The notes: generated by a model not told the origin, from the sequence alone. A stretch of 64,000 nt of DNA from Bacteroidales bacterium (GCA_016937255.1 JAFGWG010000050.1:3379-67378); one strand, 5' to 3'; counted from the stretch's first letter, positions 28,171-39,500 are shown. Numbers and translations: made by a program.

Positions 28171-31134
28171 TTAGAGTTTTCTTTTCTCTTCGACTTCGAT
28201 AAATGTTTCAATAATGTCACCGGCTTTAATATCATTGAAGTTTTCAATACCGATACCACAATCCTGGCCGGAAATAACCTCTTTTACATCGTCTTTAAAA
28301 CGTTTCAATGAAGAAATATCCCCGGTGAAAAGTATGATGCCATCGCGAATGATACGAACTTTATGCGTTCTGTTTATTTTCCCATCTAATACCATAGATC
28401 CAGCAATGGTTCCTACTTTGGATACATCAAATACATCGCGTACTTCAATGTTAGCCACAACTTTTTCAACCAATTTTGGCTCAAGCATACCTTCAATGGC
28501 AGACTTGATTTCATTAATGGCGTCGTAAATAATTGAATATGTTCGAATCTCAATTTGCTCTTTTTCAGCAAGTTTTCTTGCAGTTAATGAAGGACGAACT
28601 TGGAATCCAATAATAATAGCATTGGATGCTGTTGCCAGTAGAACATCTGATTCATTAACTCCACCAACTGCTTTGTGAATAATATTCACCTGAACATTGT
28701 CAGTACTTAGTTTCTGAAGTGAATCGGAAAGTGCTTCGATTGAACCAACAACATCACCTTTAACAATAATATTGAGTTCTTTAAATTCACCAATAGCAAT
28801 TCGACGTCCGATTTCATCAAGTGTAATATGTTTTTGAGTACGAAGGGTTTGCTCGCGAATTAATTGCTGGCGTTTGGTTGCTAAATCTTTTGCATCGCGT
28901 TCATCTTCATATACTTTGATTAGATCTCCCGCAGTGGGAGCTCCATTGAGGCCCAAAAGTAAAACAGGAGCACTTGGGCCAGCTTCATCCACTGGCTGAT
29001 TACGTTCGTTGAACATCGCTTTTACACGACCATAATATGAACCTGCAAGGAAGATGTCGCCAACTCTTAGAGTACCATTCTGAATAAGAACAGTAGAAAC
29101 ATATCCACGACCTTTATCCAACGATGCTTCAATAACAGTTCCATTGGCCATTCTGTCTGGATTAGCCTGTAATTCCAAAAGATCTGCTTCGAGCAGTACT
29201 TTTTCGAGTAGTTTTTCAATATTTTCACCTTTTTTTGCAGAAATTTCCTGACTCTGGTATTTACCACCCCAGTCTTCTACAAGAAGGTTCATGTTTGCTA
29301 GTTGCTCTTTAATTTTATCAGGATTTGCACCTGGTTTATCCATTTTGTTGATGGCAAAAACCATAGGTACTTCAGCTGCTTTAGCATGGTTGATTGCTTC
29401 AATGGTTTGAGGCATCACCTGATCATCAGCAGCAATCACAATAATTGCAAGGTCGGTAATTTTTGCACCACGGGCACGCATGGCAGTAAATGCTTCGTGA
29501 CCAGGGGTATCGAGGAAAGTAATGCTGCGACCATCTTCTAAAATAACTTCGTATGCTCCAATATGCTGTGTGATTCCACCTGATTCACCTGCAATAACAT
29601 TGGTGTTTCTAATATAATCGAGTAAGGATGTTTTACCATGATCTACGTGACCCATAACCGTTACTACCGGTGATCTTGGTTTCAGATCTTCAGGATTATC
29701 ATCCTCTTCTTCTAACTCATTTTCGTCATCAATAGATGTGAATTCAACTTCAAAGCCAAATTCCATAGCAACAATACTAATTGCTTCAGCATCGAGACGC
29801 TGATTGAGGCTCACGAGAAGTCCCAAACTCATACAAGACGCAATAACTTGAGTAGCAGGAACATTCATGAGGCTGGCAAGCTCACTAACAGTAATAAATT
29901 CATTCAGTTTAAGAATGCTTTTTTCTTTTTCAGCCTGCTCCATTCTGTCTTGCTCAAGCTGCTGAACTGCATCACGCTTCATTCGGCGATATTTCGCACC
30001 TTTTGATTTTGATGATCCCTGCAGTTGTGCAAGTGTTTCCTTAATGTGACGATTGATATCATCTTCACTAATTTCGGGGCGTGTTTCTTTTTTACGTTTT
30101 CCCCTAGTTTTATTATTGTTATTACTATTGCGATCCTGGTTATTATCCTTTTTGTTTTGATCAACCGGCGCTTCTTTTTTCTTCTTTATGCGAGGGCGGT
30201 TCTTTTTCTTTTTATCCGCTTCTTTTTGTTGTTTGGTGGGTTTTTTATCAAAACCAGAAATATCAATTTTATCAATAATCTTCGGTCCCGTGAGTTTTTC
30301 AAATTTGGTCTCGATGTGATTGCTGACCTTTTCTTCAATTGGAAGAGTCTCTTTTTCGTCTTTTTTAACTACGCTTTTTTCAGTTGTTTTTGCCTCTTTA
30401 GCTTTTATTTCTTCTTTCTCTTTTTCTTTAAGAGCTTCATCTCTTAGAGCTTTTTCTCTTTCCTCTTTCTCTTTAGCAGCTTTCTTTTTACCTGCATCAA
30501 GATCTATCTTTCCTACAATTTTGGGTCCTGTATGCTTCTTCTCTTCTTCTATAGGCTTTTCTTCTTCCTTCTTTTCCTGCTCGGTTTCTACTTTTGTAGT
30601 AAGGTCTTTTTCTTTTTCCTCTTCAATAACTTTCTTTTCTTCTTCAACCTTCTCTTCGACTTTTACCTCTTTAAGTTCTTTAGGATCCTCCTCTTTAGGT
30701 TCTTCGATTATCTCAGCTTTAACCTCTTCTTTAACCTCTTCTTTAACCTCTATTTTAACCTCTTCTTTTTCTTTTGGCTTTTCTACCTCTTCTTTAGGTT
30801 CTTCCTTTTTCTCAACAATAGTAGAATTAACAGAGAGATTGGTTATTAAAAGATCATCAGATTTGTCTTCTTTCTCAGGGGTTTTTTCTTTTTCAACAGG
30901 TGCCTTCTCTTCTTCCTCCTGATGCTTGAAGTTGATCTTCATGCTTTCCTGCTTGACTGATTTGTCTTTGTGAAACTCCTTCAAAAGGACATCATAGACG
31001 TCTTCGCCAATTTTAGCATTGGGTCCTTCTACGGGCATGCCTTCACTATTGAGAAAGTCTATAAGCGTTAGTACGCCTACATTCAGTTCAATTGCAACTT
31101 TACTTAATCGTTTTGTTCCTGTGTTGTTGTCCAT
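28171..31134 (-). CDS. infB: Translation initiation factor IF-2
   Basis: [25 protein letters not shown] and NKMD motifs; K/E-rich low-complexity N-terminal half. Confidence 0.98.
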   Translation of the reverse strand: MDNNTGTKRLSKVAIELNVGVLTLIDFLNSEGMPVEGPNAKIGEDVYDVLLKEFHKDKSVKQESMKINFKHQEEEEKAPVEKEKTPEKEDKSDDLLITNLSVNSTIVEKKEEPKEEVEKPKEKEEVKIEVKEEVKEEVKAEIIEEPKEEDPKELKEVKVEEKVEEEKKVIEEEKEKDLTTKVETEQEKKEEEKPIEEEKKHTGPKIVGKIDLDAGKKKAAKEKEEREKALRDEALKEKEKEEIKAKEAKTTEKSVVKKDEKETLPIEEKVSNHIETKFEKLTGPKIIDKIDISGFDKKPTKQQKEADKKKKNRPRIKKKKEAPVDQNKKDNNQDRNSNNNNKTRGKRKKETRPEISEDDINRHIKETLAQLQGSSKSKGAKYRRMKRDAVQQLEQDRMEQAEKEKSILKLNEFITVSELASLMNVPATQVIASCMSLGLLVSLNQRLDAEAISIVAMEFGFEVEFTSIDDENELEEEDDNPEDLKPRSPVVTVMGHVDHGKTSLLDYIRNTNVIAGESGGITQHIGAYEVILEDGRSITFLDTPGHEAFTAMRARGAKITDLAIIVIAADDQVMPQTIEAINHAKAAEVPMVFAINKMDKPGANPDKIKEQLANMNLLVEDWGGKYQSQEISAKKGENIEKLLEKVLLEADLLELQANPDRMANGTVIEASLDKGRGYVSTVLIQNGTLRVGDIFLAGSYYGRVKAMFNERNQPVDEAGPSAPVLLLGLNGAPTAGDLIKVYEDERDAKDLATKRQQLIREQTLRTQKHITLDEIGRRIAIGEFKELNIIVKGDVVGSIEALSDSLQKLSTDNVQVNIIHKAVGGVNESDVLLATASNAIIIGFQVRPSLTARKLAEKEQIEIRTYSIIYDAINEIKSAIEGMLEPKLVEKVVANIEVRDVFDVSKVGTIAGSMVLDGKINRTHKVRIIRDGIILFTGDISSLKRFKDDVKEVISGQDCGIGIENFNDIKAGDIIETFIEVEEKRKL

Positions 31135-31180
31135 AAATCCTTTTACAAAACTGTCAAAAACTGGGCTAAATTAAAGATTT

Positions 31181-32419
31181 TTATTCAAACTCGGCTTGAA
31201 GTATCTTTATAACTTCCTCAATGGTCTCTTTTTCGAGGTCTGCACGTTCAGCCAATTCGTCCCTTGGGATGGCAAGAATGCTTTTTGCAGTATCGAGGCC
31301 GATTTTTTTGAATTCCTTGATGATCCACTCTTCAATTTCATCTGAAAAGTCCATTAAATCAACATCATCATCGTATTCGGTGTCTACTTCTCTAAAGACT
31401 TCTATCTCGTGATCGGTAAGTTTGGAAGCAAGTTTAATATTCTGCCCACCCTTGCCAATAGCCAGAGAAATCTGGTCTGGTTTCAAATAAACTTCAACGG
31501 CTTTTTCTTCGTCATTAATTTTTATTCCGGAGATTTTTGCCGGACTTAATGAGCGAGAAATAAAAACAGATATATTATTTGAAAAATTGATCACATCAAT
31601 GTTTTCATTACGAAGTTCACGAACAATTCCGTGAATTCTGGATCCTTTCATTCCTACACAAGCGCCAACAGGGTCAATGCGATCGTCGTATGATTCTACG
31701 GCGACTTTTGCACGTTCACCTGGCATTCTCACAATTTTTTTAATGGTAATTAGTCCATCATATATTTCAGGAACTTCAAGTTCGAAAAGTCGCTCAAGAA
31801 ATGTTGGAGAAGTACGTGATAGGATGATAAGTGGATTACCGTTTTTGAAATCTACTTTATCAACCACGGCTCTTAAAGAATCTCCTTTTTTATAAAAATC
31901 GGTTGGAATCATTTCGCTACGAGGCAAAACAAGTTCGAAATCTTCATCATCGAGTACGAGCAACTCTTTTTTCCATACTTGGCTAACTTCAGCAGTAACA
32001 ATGTCTCCAATTCTGTCTTTATACTTCATGAATACGTTGTTTTTCTCGTATTCCAGTACTTTAGACTTCAACATTTGGAGGATGCTCTGAATGTCTCGGC
32101 GATCGAATTCATCAATGCTGAAAGACTCAAGTACCTGCTCACCAACTTCAAAATCGGGTTCAATCTTGATGGCTTCGGTGTATCCGATTTCAGTATTTGG
32201 ATTTTCGATATTGTCGTCTTCCACAATAATCCTGTTTCGCCATATTTCAAGGTCACCAGTAGTAGTGTTCACGATAACGTCGAAATTGTCGGCATGCTCA
32301 AATTTCTTGGTAAGGATATGTTTGAAGATATCTACCAGAATTCTCATCAGTGTAGGACGATCAATTGCTTTTGAGTCTTTAAACTCACTAAATGATTCAA
32401 CCAGGTTTAGCGTTTCCAT
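31181..32419 (-). CDS. nusA: Transcription termination/antitermination factor NusA
   Basis: LFELEVPEI, RMPGERAKVAV, DPVGACVGMKGSRI and AIGKGGQN motifs. Confidence 0.97.
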   Translation of the reverse strand: METLNLVESFSEFKDSKAIDRPTLMRILVDIFKHILTKKFEHADNFDVIVNTTTGDLEIWRNRIIVEDDNIENPNTEIGYTEAIKIEPDFEVGEQVLESFSIDEFDRRDIQSILQMLKSKVLEYEKNNVFMKYKDRIGDIVTAEVSQVWKKELLVLDDEDFELVLPRSEMIPTDFYKKGDSLRAVVDKVDFKNGNPLIILSRTSPTFLERLFELEVPEIYDGLITIKKIVRMPGERAKVAVESYDDRIDPVGACVGMKGSRIHGIVRELRNENIDVINFSNNISVFISRSLSPAKISGIKINDEEKAVEVYLKPDQISLAIGKGGQNIKLASKLTDHEIEVFREVDTEYDDDVDLMDFSDEIEEWIIKEFKKIGLDTAKSILAIPRDELAERADLEKETIEEVIKILQAEFE

Positions 32420-32430
32420 ATCTTTTTTAA

Positions 32431-32883
32431 TTAAAAAGAGACAATAATGTTAGTTTCACGACACTCGTCGTAATTCAATGTTATAATTTCGTTTGTTGTT
32501 TCACTTTTTTTCTTGCCTTTCTTAACGATTTCAAGCTGAAACTTTTTATCGTCGGCGGTAAGAATTTTTCCTTTTATTGTAGTGTTGTCATTCAACACGC
32601 ATTTGGCATTTCTTCCAATATTGATTTTATATTGTATGGGTAAAAGCAATTTGTTGCCAATACCGTATGAAGACACTTCAAGCTCAAAATCTTCGGTTTC
32701 ACGATCGAGGCTATTTTCAATAAAACGACTTACATATGCACAATCAACAATATTTATACCATGAGGCCCATCAAGGAATACAGCGATTTTATTACCTGCA
32801 CTAACCTTAGTTAGGACGGCAAAAAATTCTTTGTCTTCCAAGGCTTGTTCAAGCAGTTTTTCTATGTGTTTTTTGTCAATCAT
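32431..32883 (-). CDS. rimP: Ribosome maturation factor RimP
   Basis: DCAYVSR and DFELEVSS motifs; position directly upstream of nusA-infB. Confidence 0.9.
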   Translation of the reverse strand: MIDKKHIEKLLEQALEDKEFFAVLTKVSAGNKIAVFLDGPHGINIVDCAYVSRFIENSLDRETEDFELEVSSYGIGNKLLLPIQYKINIGRNAKCVLNDNTTIKGKILTADDKKFQLEIVKKGKKKSETTNEIITLNYDECRETNIIVSF

Positions 32884-32896
32884 TTACCATATTACT

Positions 32897-32923
32897 AAAA
32901 AGCGAGGGGACAATTGTCCCCTC
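32897..32923 (-). terminator. rimP-leader terminator/attenuator hairpin (perfect palindrome GAGGGGACAATTGTCCCCTC)
   Basis: 20-nt palindrome at 32904..32923 followed by GCTTTTT on the minus strand, between tRNA-Gln and rimP. Confidence 0.75.
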
Positions 32924-32935
32924 AATCAATTTACG

Positions 32936-33006
32936 TTGTCCGACCAGGACTCGAACCTGAACCGGCAGAACCAAAATCTGCAGTGCTGCCATTACACCAT
33001 CGGACA
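32936..33006 (-). tRNA. tRNA-Gln(TTG)
   Basis: TGTCCGA/TCGGACA acceptor stem, GCAGA-TTTTGGT-TCTGC anticodon arm and GGTTCGAGTCC T-arm; no encoded CCA. Confidence 0.95.
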
Positions 33007-33023
33007 ATTCAATTTTCAGGCTG

Positions 33024-33031
33024 CAAAGATA
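33024..33031 (-). promoter_or_regulatory. Sigma-A -7 element (TATCTTTG) for tRNA-Gln/rimP operon
   Basis: TAnnTTTGC 17 nt upstream of the tRNA 5' end. Confidence 0.7.
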
Positions 33032-33135
33032 AAAACTTTTTTCTAAACACAATAAAAGGACTAACATTTTGTTTTTTTCCTGTGTCAAAATTTCTTTATA
33101 ATTTCGCAGCTTAATCCTTATTAATACTCTGAATA

Positions 33136-36100
33136 ATGCAACAGTATAAAAAGTTAAACAACATTCTGGGTTGGTCTGTGTTCTTAACAGCAGCTGTAGT
33201 CTATGTTATGACTGCTGAACCAACAGCCAGCTTCTGGGATTGTGGTGAATATATTGCCACCTCGTATAAATTGCAGGTTGGTCACCCACCTGGAGCTCCT
33301 ACTTTCCAGATTTTAGGTCGTTTCTTTACCTTATTTGCTTTTGGGAATGTAGAAAATGTGGCTTTCATGATTAATATGATGTCGGCTCTTACCAGCGCGT
33401 TTACCATATTATTTTTGTTCTGGAGTATTACCCGTCTGGCTCGCCGCCTAGTGGGAGAGGATAGCATGTCAAACCCTCAGTCTTATGTAGCCGTTCTCGG
33501 TGCAGGCCTTGTGGGTGCTCTTGCTTATACTTTCAGCGATTCATTCTGGTTTTCAGCGGTAGAAGGTGAGGTTTATGCTACGTCATCTTTCTTTACGGCT
33601 TTGGTATTCTGGATTATGCTGAAATGGGATGCACAGTCGGATGACCCGAAAGCACTACGTTGGGTTGTTTTAATTGCATTCCTTACAGGGCTTTCTATTG
33701 GTGTTCACCTTTTGAACCTTCTTACTTTCCCTGCTTTGGTATTGATTTATTATTTCAAAAAATACAAGGTTACTACCAAAGGAACTATTGTTGCCATTGG
33801 GCTTTCAATTGTTTTGTTGGCAGCGCTGTTTTACATGATTATTCCGGGTGTGGTTTGGCTAGCCGGAAAGTTTGAGCTTTTCTTTGTGAATAGTCTTGGA
33901 CTCCCATTTAATTCTGGAACCATATTCTTCTTCCTCTTTGTTATTGCTGCTATTGTTTTTGGCTTGCAATGGTCGAGAAGAAAGGGAAAAGTGATCCTCA
34001 ACACAGTTGTATTGGCTTTCACATTCATATTAATTGGATATTCAACATTTTTTATTCTGATTATTCGCTCAAACGCACTTACTCCGATTAATGAAAATGC
34101 TCCAAAAGATGCAATTTCACTGCTTTCATACCTCAATCGTGAGCAATATGGTGAAGTTCCTTTATTTAAAGGGCAGTATTATAATGCGCCGGTAAATCCA
34201 AGTAATGAGTGGAAAGATGCCTCTCCTGTATATGAAAAAGATGTAGAAAAAGGCAAATATATTGTTACCGATGATCGTAAAAATAGTCGCCCAACGTATA
34301 ATTCTGACTTTGTTACTATTTTTCCACGTATGTGGAGTAATCAGCAAGATATTCATATTCGCGAGTATAAAAATTGGGGTAAAATAAAAGGAACTCCTAT
34401 TCGTGTGAAAAATTCTAACGGGGAAATGCAAACTTTGTATAGACCAACTTTTGGTGAAAACTTAAGATTTTTCTTTACCTATCAGGTTGGCCATATGTAC
34501 TTCAGGTATTTCTTCTGGAATTTTGTTGGACGCCAGAATGATATTCAGGGTCATGGTGATCCTACTCAGGGTAACTGGATCAGTGGAATAAAATTTATAG
34601 ATGAGATGCATCTGGGTAATCAGGCAGAGGTTACCGACATTGCCAAAGATAATCCTGGCAGAAATACTTATTTCTTCCTACCATTGATACTGGGCTTGAT
34701 TGGTCTATTTTTTCACATAAATCGACATTCAAAAGATAGTCTGGTGGTCGCATTGCTTTTCTTTATGACAGGTCTTGCCATTGTGCTATACCTTAATCAA
34801 TATCCATATCAGCCTCGTGAGCGTGATTATGCTTATGCTGCGAGTTTTTATGCCTTTGCGATATGGATTGGATTTGGAGTACTTGCACTGTCGAAATTGA
34901 TTGCGAAATTCCTGAAAAATATTTCAGCACCATTAATTGCAACACTGGTAACACTTGTTTTGGTGCCGGGAATCATGGCAAGTCAGGGTTGGGATGATCA
35001 TAACCGCAATAATAGGTATACCGCCCGCGATTTTGCGAAAAATTATCTCGATTCTTGTGAACCCAATGCAATTCTGTTTACCAATGGGGATAATGATACT
35101 TTCCCTCTATGGTATGTACAGGAAGTAGAAGGCTATCGCACAGACGTACGTGTGATTAACCTTTCATTGTTTAATACCGACTGGTATGCCGATCAGATGA
35201 AACGTGCTGTATACGATTCTAAACCAGCTCCTATTTCTTTGACACATGAGCAATATCGCCAGGGAACCCGTGATGTAGTTTATTTGCTAGAAAATGCTGG
35301 AATTGAAGGATATGTGAATATTAAAGATCTTTTTGAAATTATTCACAATAGTCCTGATAAACTCAAGCTTCAAACCCGTCAAGGTAAGCTCGATTATTTC
35401 CCAACCAAGAAATTCTATCTGCCAGTCGATAGCTCTAAGGTTGTTGCCAATGGATTAGTTCCTGAAAAGTGGGCACCTGAGATTGTAGATAGCTTAAACT
35501 GGACTATTAATCGCTTTGCATTGCAGAAGAACTCTTTGTTTGTAATGGATATTTTGGCTCATTTTGATTGGGATCGCCCAATTCATTTTGCCATTACTAC
35601 CGGAGCTGACGCTTATATGGGTCTTGAGGAATATTTCACACTAGAAGGCTTGACCTATAAACTAATTCCGGTTCGTACTGTGAATACTGACGGTTCTATT
35701 GGTCGCGTAAATACGGATGTGATGTACGACAATATGATGAATAAGTTCAACTGGGGTAATCTAAATGTTGAAGGTGTTTATCTGGATGAGACCAATCGTC
35801 GTATGATCATGAATTTTAGAAATAATTTTGCCCGCTTGGCAAATGCACTTCTTGATGAAGGTAAACTCGATTCTGCTATTGCTTGTTTAGATAAAGCTAT
35901 GGAGATTATGCCTGAAAAGGCTATTCCATTCGATTTCTTTGTATTACCACTTGCCGAAGCTTATTATCGCGCCGGAGCTGTAGAAAAAGGGAATGAGATA
36001 CTTTTCCGATTAACAGATATATATAGCGCAGAGTTGAACTATATCTATTCTTTGGATAACGGGCGTCAAAAGCAGCTTGCTATTGATAAGCAACAGGGGC

Positions 36101-36231
36101 TGTATATCTTGCAGAGGATTATGCAGATTGCTGAGCGCGAAAAGCAGGATGCATTGACAAATCATGTGAAACCATTGTTTGACTACTATTTCGGCATGTA
36201 TGCCGGAGCAGGTCAGGCACCCATGCAATAG
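33136..36231 (+). CDS. DUF2723 domain membrane protein (GT-C-like, TMEM260-related)
   Basis: SFWDCGE, QVGHPPG, FWFSAVEGEVY, QPRERDY and GDNDTFPLWY motifs; many TMs and a TPR-like tail. Confidence 0.88.
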   Translation: MQQYKKLNNILGWSVFLTAAVVYVMTAEPTASFWDCGEYIATSYKLQVGHPPGAPTFQILGRFFTLFAFGNVENVAFMINMMSALTSAFTILFLFWSITRLARRLVGEDSMSNPQSYVAVLGAGLVGALAYTFSDSFWFSAVEGEVYATSSFFTALVFWIMLKWDAQSDDPKALRWVVLIAFLTGLSIGVHLLNLLTFPALVLIYYFKKYKVTTKGTIVAIGLSIVLLAALFYMIIPGVVWLAGKFELFFVNSLGLPFNSGTIFFFLFVIAAIVFGLQWSRRKGKVILNTVVLAFTFILIGYSTFFILIIRSNALTPINENAPKDAISLLSYLNREQYGEVPLFKGQYYNAPVNPSNEWKDASPVYEKDVEKGKYIVTDDRKNSRPTYNSDFVTIFPRMWSNQQDIHIREYKNWGKIKGTPIRVKNSNGEMQTLYRPTFGENLRFFFTYQVGHMYFRYFFWNFVGRQNDIQGHGDPTQGNWISGIKFIDEMHLGNQAEVTDIAKDNPGRNTYFFLPLILGLIGLFFHINRHSKDSLVVALLFFMTGLAIVLYLNQYPYQPRERDYAYAASFYAFAIWIGFGVLALSKLIAKFLKNISAPLIATLVTLVLVPGIMASQGWDDHNRNNRYTARDFAKNYLDSCEPNAILFTNGDNDTFPLWYVQEVEGYRTDVRVINLSLFNTDWYADQMKRAVYDSKPAPISLTHEQYRQGTRDVVYLLENAGIEGYVNIKDLFEIIHNSPDKLKLQTRQGKLDYFPTKKFYLPVDSSKVVANGLVPEKWAPEIVDSLNWTINRFALQKNSLFVMDILAHFDWDRPIHFAITTGADAYMGLEEYFTLEGLTYKLIPVRTVNTDGSIGRVNTDVMYDNMMNKFNWGNLNVEGVYLDETNRRMIMNFRNNFARLANALLDEGKLDSAIACLDKAMEIMPEKAIPFDFFVLPLAEAYYRAGAVEKGNEILFRLTDIYSAELNYIYSLDNGRQKQLAIDKQQGLYILQRIMQIAEREKQDALTNHVKPLFDYYFGMYAGAGQAPMQ

Positions 36232-36240
36232 AGCTATACC

Positions 36241-36984
36241 ATGTATCTGGTACAGCCTTACGTATTGAAGTCTATTCAGACTCGTCATCTAATCTGGAGA
36301 ATTCCGGAAAAGGAGAAAGTCATTTATCTTACTTTCGATGATGGTCCTATACCCGAATTGACGCCTTTTGTTTTGAAAACATTACGAAAATACAATGCGA
36401 AAGCTACTTTTTTCTGTGTTGGAGATAATGTCAGGAAGTACAAAGAATTCTATAAGCAGATTGTGGACGATGGTCATGCCATTGGGAATCACACTCATAA
36501 TCATCTTGATGGGTGGAAAAATAAATTTCCCGATTATCTTGAAAATGTAGAGGCAGGGGAGAAATTTATTGAAAGCAAAATGTTCCGCCCGCCTTACGGT
36601 CATATTACTCCTGCTCAGATACAAAAGATTAGACAAAACTATTACATTGTGCTTTGGTCGGTTTTAAGTGGCGATTTTGATCGCAATACTACGCCGGCCA
36701 AATGCCTTCGTAATGTGCTTCGTTTTTCTAAAAGTGGCTCCATTGTTGTTTTTCATGAAAATACGAAGGCTATTCCACGTCTTAAATATGCTCTGCCTCG
36801 TTTTCTCAGTCAGTTTACTAAGGCGGGTTATCGTTTTGAAGCACTTTCGGATGAAGTATTGGATAGGGCATTGAAGAAGAACCTCGTTAATGCCAGCAAC
36901 AAAATGATGCGTCGAATGTTGAGCCAAGTGAAAAGTAAGCGCAAGAAGGGCGAAATAGAATTGAGTAAAAGCCAGTCCGCCTGA
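36241..36984 (+). CDS. Polysaccharide deacetylase (CE4/NodB)
   Basis: LTFDDGP, ATFF, GNHTHNH, FRPPYG and IVVFH motifs. Confidence 0.92.
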   Translation: MYLVQPYVLKSIQTRHLIWRIPEKEKVIYLTFDDGPIPELTPFVLKTLRKYNAKATFFCVGDNVRKYKEFYKQIVDDGHAIGNHTHNHLDGWKNKFPDYLENVEAGEKFIESKMFRPPYGHITPAQIQKIRQNYYIVLWSVLSGDFDRNTTPAKCLRNVLRFSKSGSIVVFHENTKAIPRLKYALPRFLSQFTKAGYRFEALSDEVLDRALKKNLVNASNKMMRRMLSQVKSKRKKGEIELSKSQSA

Positions 36985-37033
36985 AATATCTTTAAATTCA
37001 ACTTTCACTATCATTTCTATGCTATAATTTTAG

Positions 37034-37041
37034 TACTTTTG
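37034..37041 (+). promoter_or_regulatory. Sigma-A -7 element (TACTTTTG) for deoC
   Basis: TAnnTTTG 21 nt upstream of the ATG. Confidence 0.55.
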
Positions 37042-37062
37042 TTAAGACTAATTTATTGAGCT

Positions 37063-37881
37063 ATGACATTCAACGAGCATGATATTCAGGAAGCAGTACG
37101 TGAGATAAACTCGCAGCAGATTGCCGACATACAGAAAGTTTTTCGCAAACTGATCAATTTAATTGATCTGACTACGCTAGAAGGAACTGATACTGATGAG
37201 CGTGTGCGCGCATTATGCGAAAGAGCATGGTCTGTTGCTAATGCCGAGAAAGGTATTCCCACAACTGCTGCTGTTTGTGTATATCCTCCGTTTGTGAAAA
37301 CTGCTGCCGAAGCTTTACAGGGCAAAAATATTAGCATTGCTGCAGTAGCTGGCGCATTTCCATCTGGACAGAGCCCGCTCGAGATTCGTCTTGCTGAAGT
37401 TAGATATGCCGTTGAGCAAGGTGCCAAAGAAATTGACATGGTGATTAGCCGTGGGCGTTTTCTTTCAGGCGACGTAGATTTTCTTCGTGAGGAAGTTCAG
37501 AAACACAAAGAAGCATGCGGTGAAGCACACCTGAAAGTTATTCTCGAAACCGGAGAACTTAAAGACCCAAGTTTAATTTATAAAGCTTCGATAATTGCTA
37601 TGGAAGCCGGAGCAGATTTTATTAAAACCAGTACTGGGAAAATTCAGCCCGCAGCCACTTTGGAAGCCGCATTTGTAATGCTGCATGCCATTCGTGAGTA
37701 TTATGAAAAAACCGGTCGCAAAGTAGGTTTTAAACCCGCAGGTGGAATCAGCGAGCCACTATTGGCTGTTCATTATTATCAACTTGTAGATGCCATTTTG
37801 GGTGCGCAGTGGCTAACTAATGAATTGTTCAGAATTGGAGCCAGTCGCTTGCTCAATCAGCTGGAAGACGCAATAGCATAA
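37063..37881 (+). CDS. deoC: Deoxyribose-phosphate aldolase
   Basis: IDLTTL, EIDMV, LKVILETGEL, FIKTSTGK, KPAGGI and RIGAS motifs. Confidence 0.95.
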   Translation: MTFNEHDIQEAVREINSQQIADIQKVFRKLINLIDLTTLEGTDTDERVRALCERAWSVANAEKGIPTTAAVCVYPPFVKTAAEALQGKNISIAAVAGAFPSGQSPLEIRLAEVRYAVEQGAKEIDMVISRGRFLSGDVDFLREEVQKHKEACGEAHLKVILETGELKDPSLIYKASIIAMEAGADFIKTSTGKIQPAATLEAAFVMLHAIREYYEKTGRKVGFKPAGGISEPLLAVHYYQLVDAILGAQWLTNELFRIGASRLLNQLEDAIA

Positions 37882-37891
37882 ACCATTTATC

Positions 37892-38458
37892 ATGAAGATA
37901 CGCGAAAGCGGTATGCCTAAGGAAGATCTTTGGAACTCTTTTTTTGATGTTCCCAAGATACTTTCGGAGATGGAAATTAATGAAAAAGTTGAACATCTTG
38001 CCGAATTTGGCTGTGGCTATGGCACTTTTACTTTGGAAGCGGCAAAAGCTATCAGTGGACTCTTATTCGCTTTCGATATAGTTGAAAAACTGACCGATAT
38101 GGTGTCTGCTAAAGCTGCTGAAATGGATAGCGTTGCAATTATCAATAGAGATTTTGAAGCAACAGGTACAGGTTTACCAAAACAGTCGGTAGACTATCTT
38201 ATGCTTTTTAATATTATGCATCACGATAAACCTGAAGTGATTTATAAAGAGGCGTTTAGAATATTAAAGCCTGGTGGAAAAGTAGGTATCATTTACTGGC
38301 GCAACGATATAGGTGTTCCTGCTGGGTTAAAAATCAGCATTCGCCCAAAACCGGAAGATCTTTTAACGCAATATGATTCTGAAAAATTCTCAGTTTATAA
38401 AGAGCCATTTATTTTGGAGCCTTATCATTTTGGGATTATTTTGCAGAAAATTTCATAA
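37892..38458 (+). CDS. Class I SAM-dependent methyltransferase
   Basis: EFGCGYG motif I, AFDI and RILKPGG motifs. Confidence 0.88.
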   Translation: MKIRESGMPKEDLWNSFFDVPKILSEMEINEKVEHLAEFGCGYGTFTLEAAKAISGLLFAFDIVEKLTDMVSAKAAEMDSVAIINRDFEATGTGLPKQSVDYLMLFNIMHHDKPEVIYKEAFRILKPGGKVGIIYWRNDIGVPAGLKISIRPKPEDLLTQYDSEKFSVYKEPFILEPYHFGIILQKIS

Positions 38459-38459
38459 T

Positions 38460-38924
38460 ATGAAGTACTTATTACCGATTTTTGCCTTTATCGTGCTGAT
38501 TTCTTGCTCTAATTCAAAGGATGGCGGAAACAATGAACTGCCGCTTGAGAAAACGGAATTAATGGATGCCTATTTTTTAGATTATAGAGATGGAGATAGT
38601 CTCAAATCAACGGTTTTAGAGCAATTGGATTCAGCATCTTTCTGTTTCTCAGACTCTGGAATTTTGGAATGCATTGCAGACTCTGCGCATAAGTTTTATG
38701 TACTAGGCGACAAAGAAGAATATCTGTTTAATATTGAAGTGCGGGAAAAACTCGAAAATGATTCACTTTTTGCCAATATTCAAATCTTCAAAAACAAGCC
38801 TAATGAACGACAGCGAATTCTTAATGCCGGCGATTTTAATATTTCAAAAATGAACTCGCTGGATGAATTTGATTCGGTTGATCAAACATTGGTTGATTTG
38901 ATTGTATTGCTGACGTTTAAGTAG
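38460..38924 (+). CDS. Hypothetical lipoprotein
   Basis: ATG at 38460 directly after the upstream stop; lipobox-like MKYLLPIFAFIVLISC. Confidence 0.65.
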   Translation: MKYLLPIFAFIVLISCSNSKDGGNNELPLEKTELMDAYFLDYRDGDSLKSTVLEQLDSASFCFSDSGILECIADSAHKFYVLGDKEEYLFNIEVREKLENDSLFANIQIFKNKPNERQRILNAGDFNISKMNSLDEFDSVDQTLVDLIVLLTFK

Positions 38925-38958
38925 GTGTTGTGGAATTTCATTTATTAATTCATCAACA

Positions 38959-39429
38959 ATGACAAACACTATCATGAGAATCGGATTAAGTTTATTAATT
39001 GCTTTTATTTCCCTTCAGGTATATGCGCAGGAACCTGATTTTACTGTAAATTGCGAAGTAGAATTTATTAAATACACCGCGTTTGACGATGATCCAGAAT
39101 ATAAAGACTTGCCAGCCATTAATATGATTCTTTCTGTAACTAATAATGGTGATGAGCCTATTCCCGATCTATGTGTTTCAAATCGGTCAAAATATGTAAA
39201 TCTCTATATCAACGATACTTTGAATAATCCATTATCACTGTATAACGGAGCGGAAATGAATGGAGCGCATTTGCTACAAAAAGGCGAGTCAGATGTATAT
39301 GAATTCTGGGTTTTTGAAAGAAGTGCTTATGCCGATCATTTTAGTGTACAATGGGAATATATGGGTGTGAAGTCTGAAAAAATCATAATCAATATCCCGG
39401 CTCATACCATTGATTCTAAGTCAAATTGA
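38959..39429 (+). CDS. Hypothetical exported protein (Ig-like beta sandwich)
   Basis: Signal peptide ...QVYAQ; LSVTNNGDEPI and LQKGES motifs resemble small Ig-like domains. Confidence 0.6.
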   Translation: MTNTIMRIGLSLLIAFISLQVYAQEPDFTVNCEVEFIKYTAFDDDPEYKDLPAINMILSVTNNGDEPIPDLCVSNRSKYVNLYINDTLNNPLSLYNGAEMNGAHLLQKGESDVYEFWVFERSAYADHFSVQWEYMGVKSEKIIINIPAHTIDSKSN

Positions 39430-39500
39430 AAAAGGAGAAAAGTAAAAAGTATCAAGTGCAGACTTGCTTACTTTTAACTTTTAGCTTTATACTTTTTCAA
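39426..39500. terminator. Long imperfect inverted repeat built of 7-mers between convergent genes (probable bidirectional terminator)
   Basis: TTGAAAAAG..AAAAGT..AAAAGT..CAAGT-GCAG-ACTTG..ACTTTT..ACTTTT..CTTTTTCAA. Confidence 0.6.

Noticed and set aside
30025-30922. Several Phe/Ser/Leu-rich + strand ORFs and TTTAACCTCTTC repeats
   Set aside because: Antisense shadows of the K/E-rich low-complexity IF-2 N-terminus (KEEV repeats).
32831-33114. Short ORFs of 66-71 aa upstream of rimP
   Set aside because: They overlap tRNA-Gln and its promoter; spurious.
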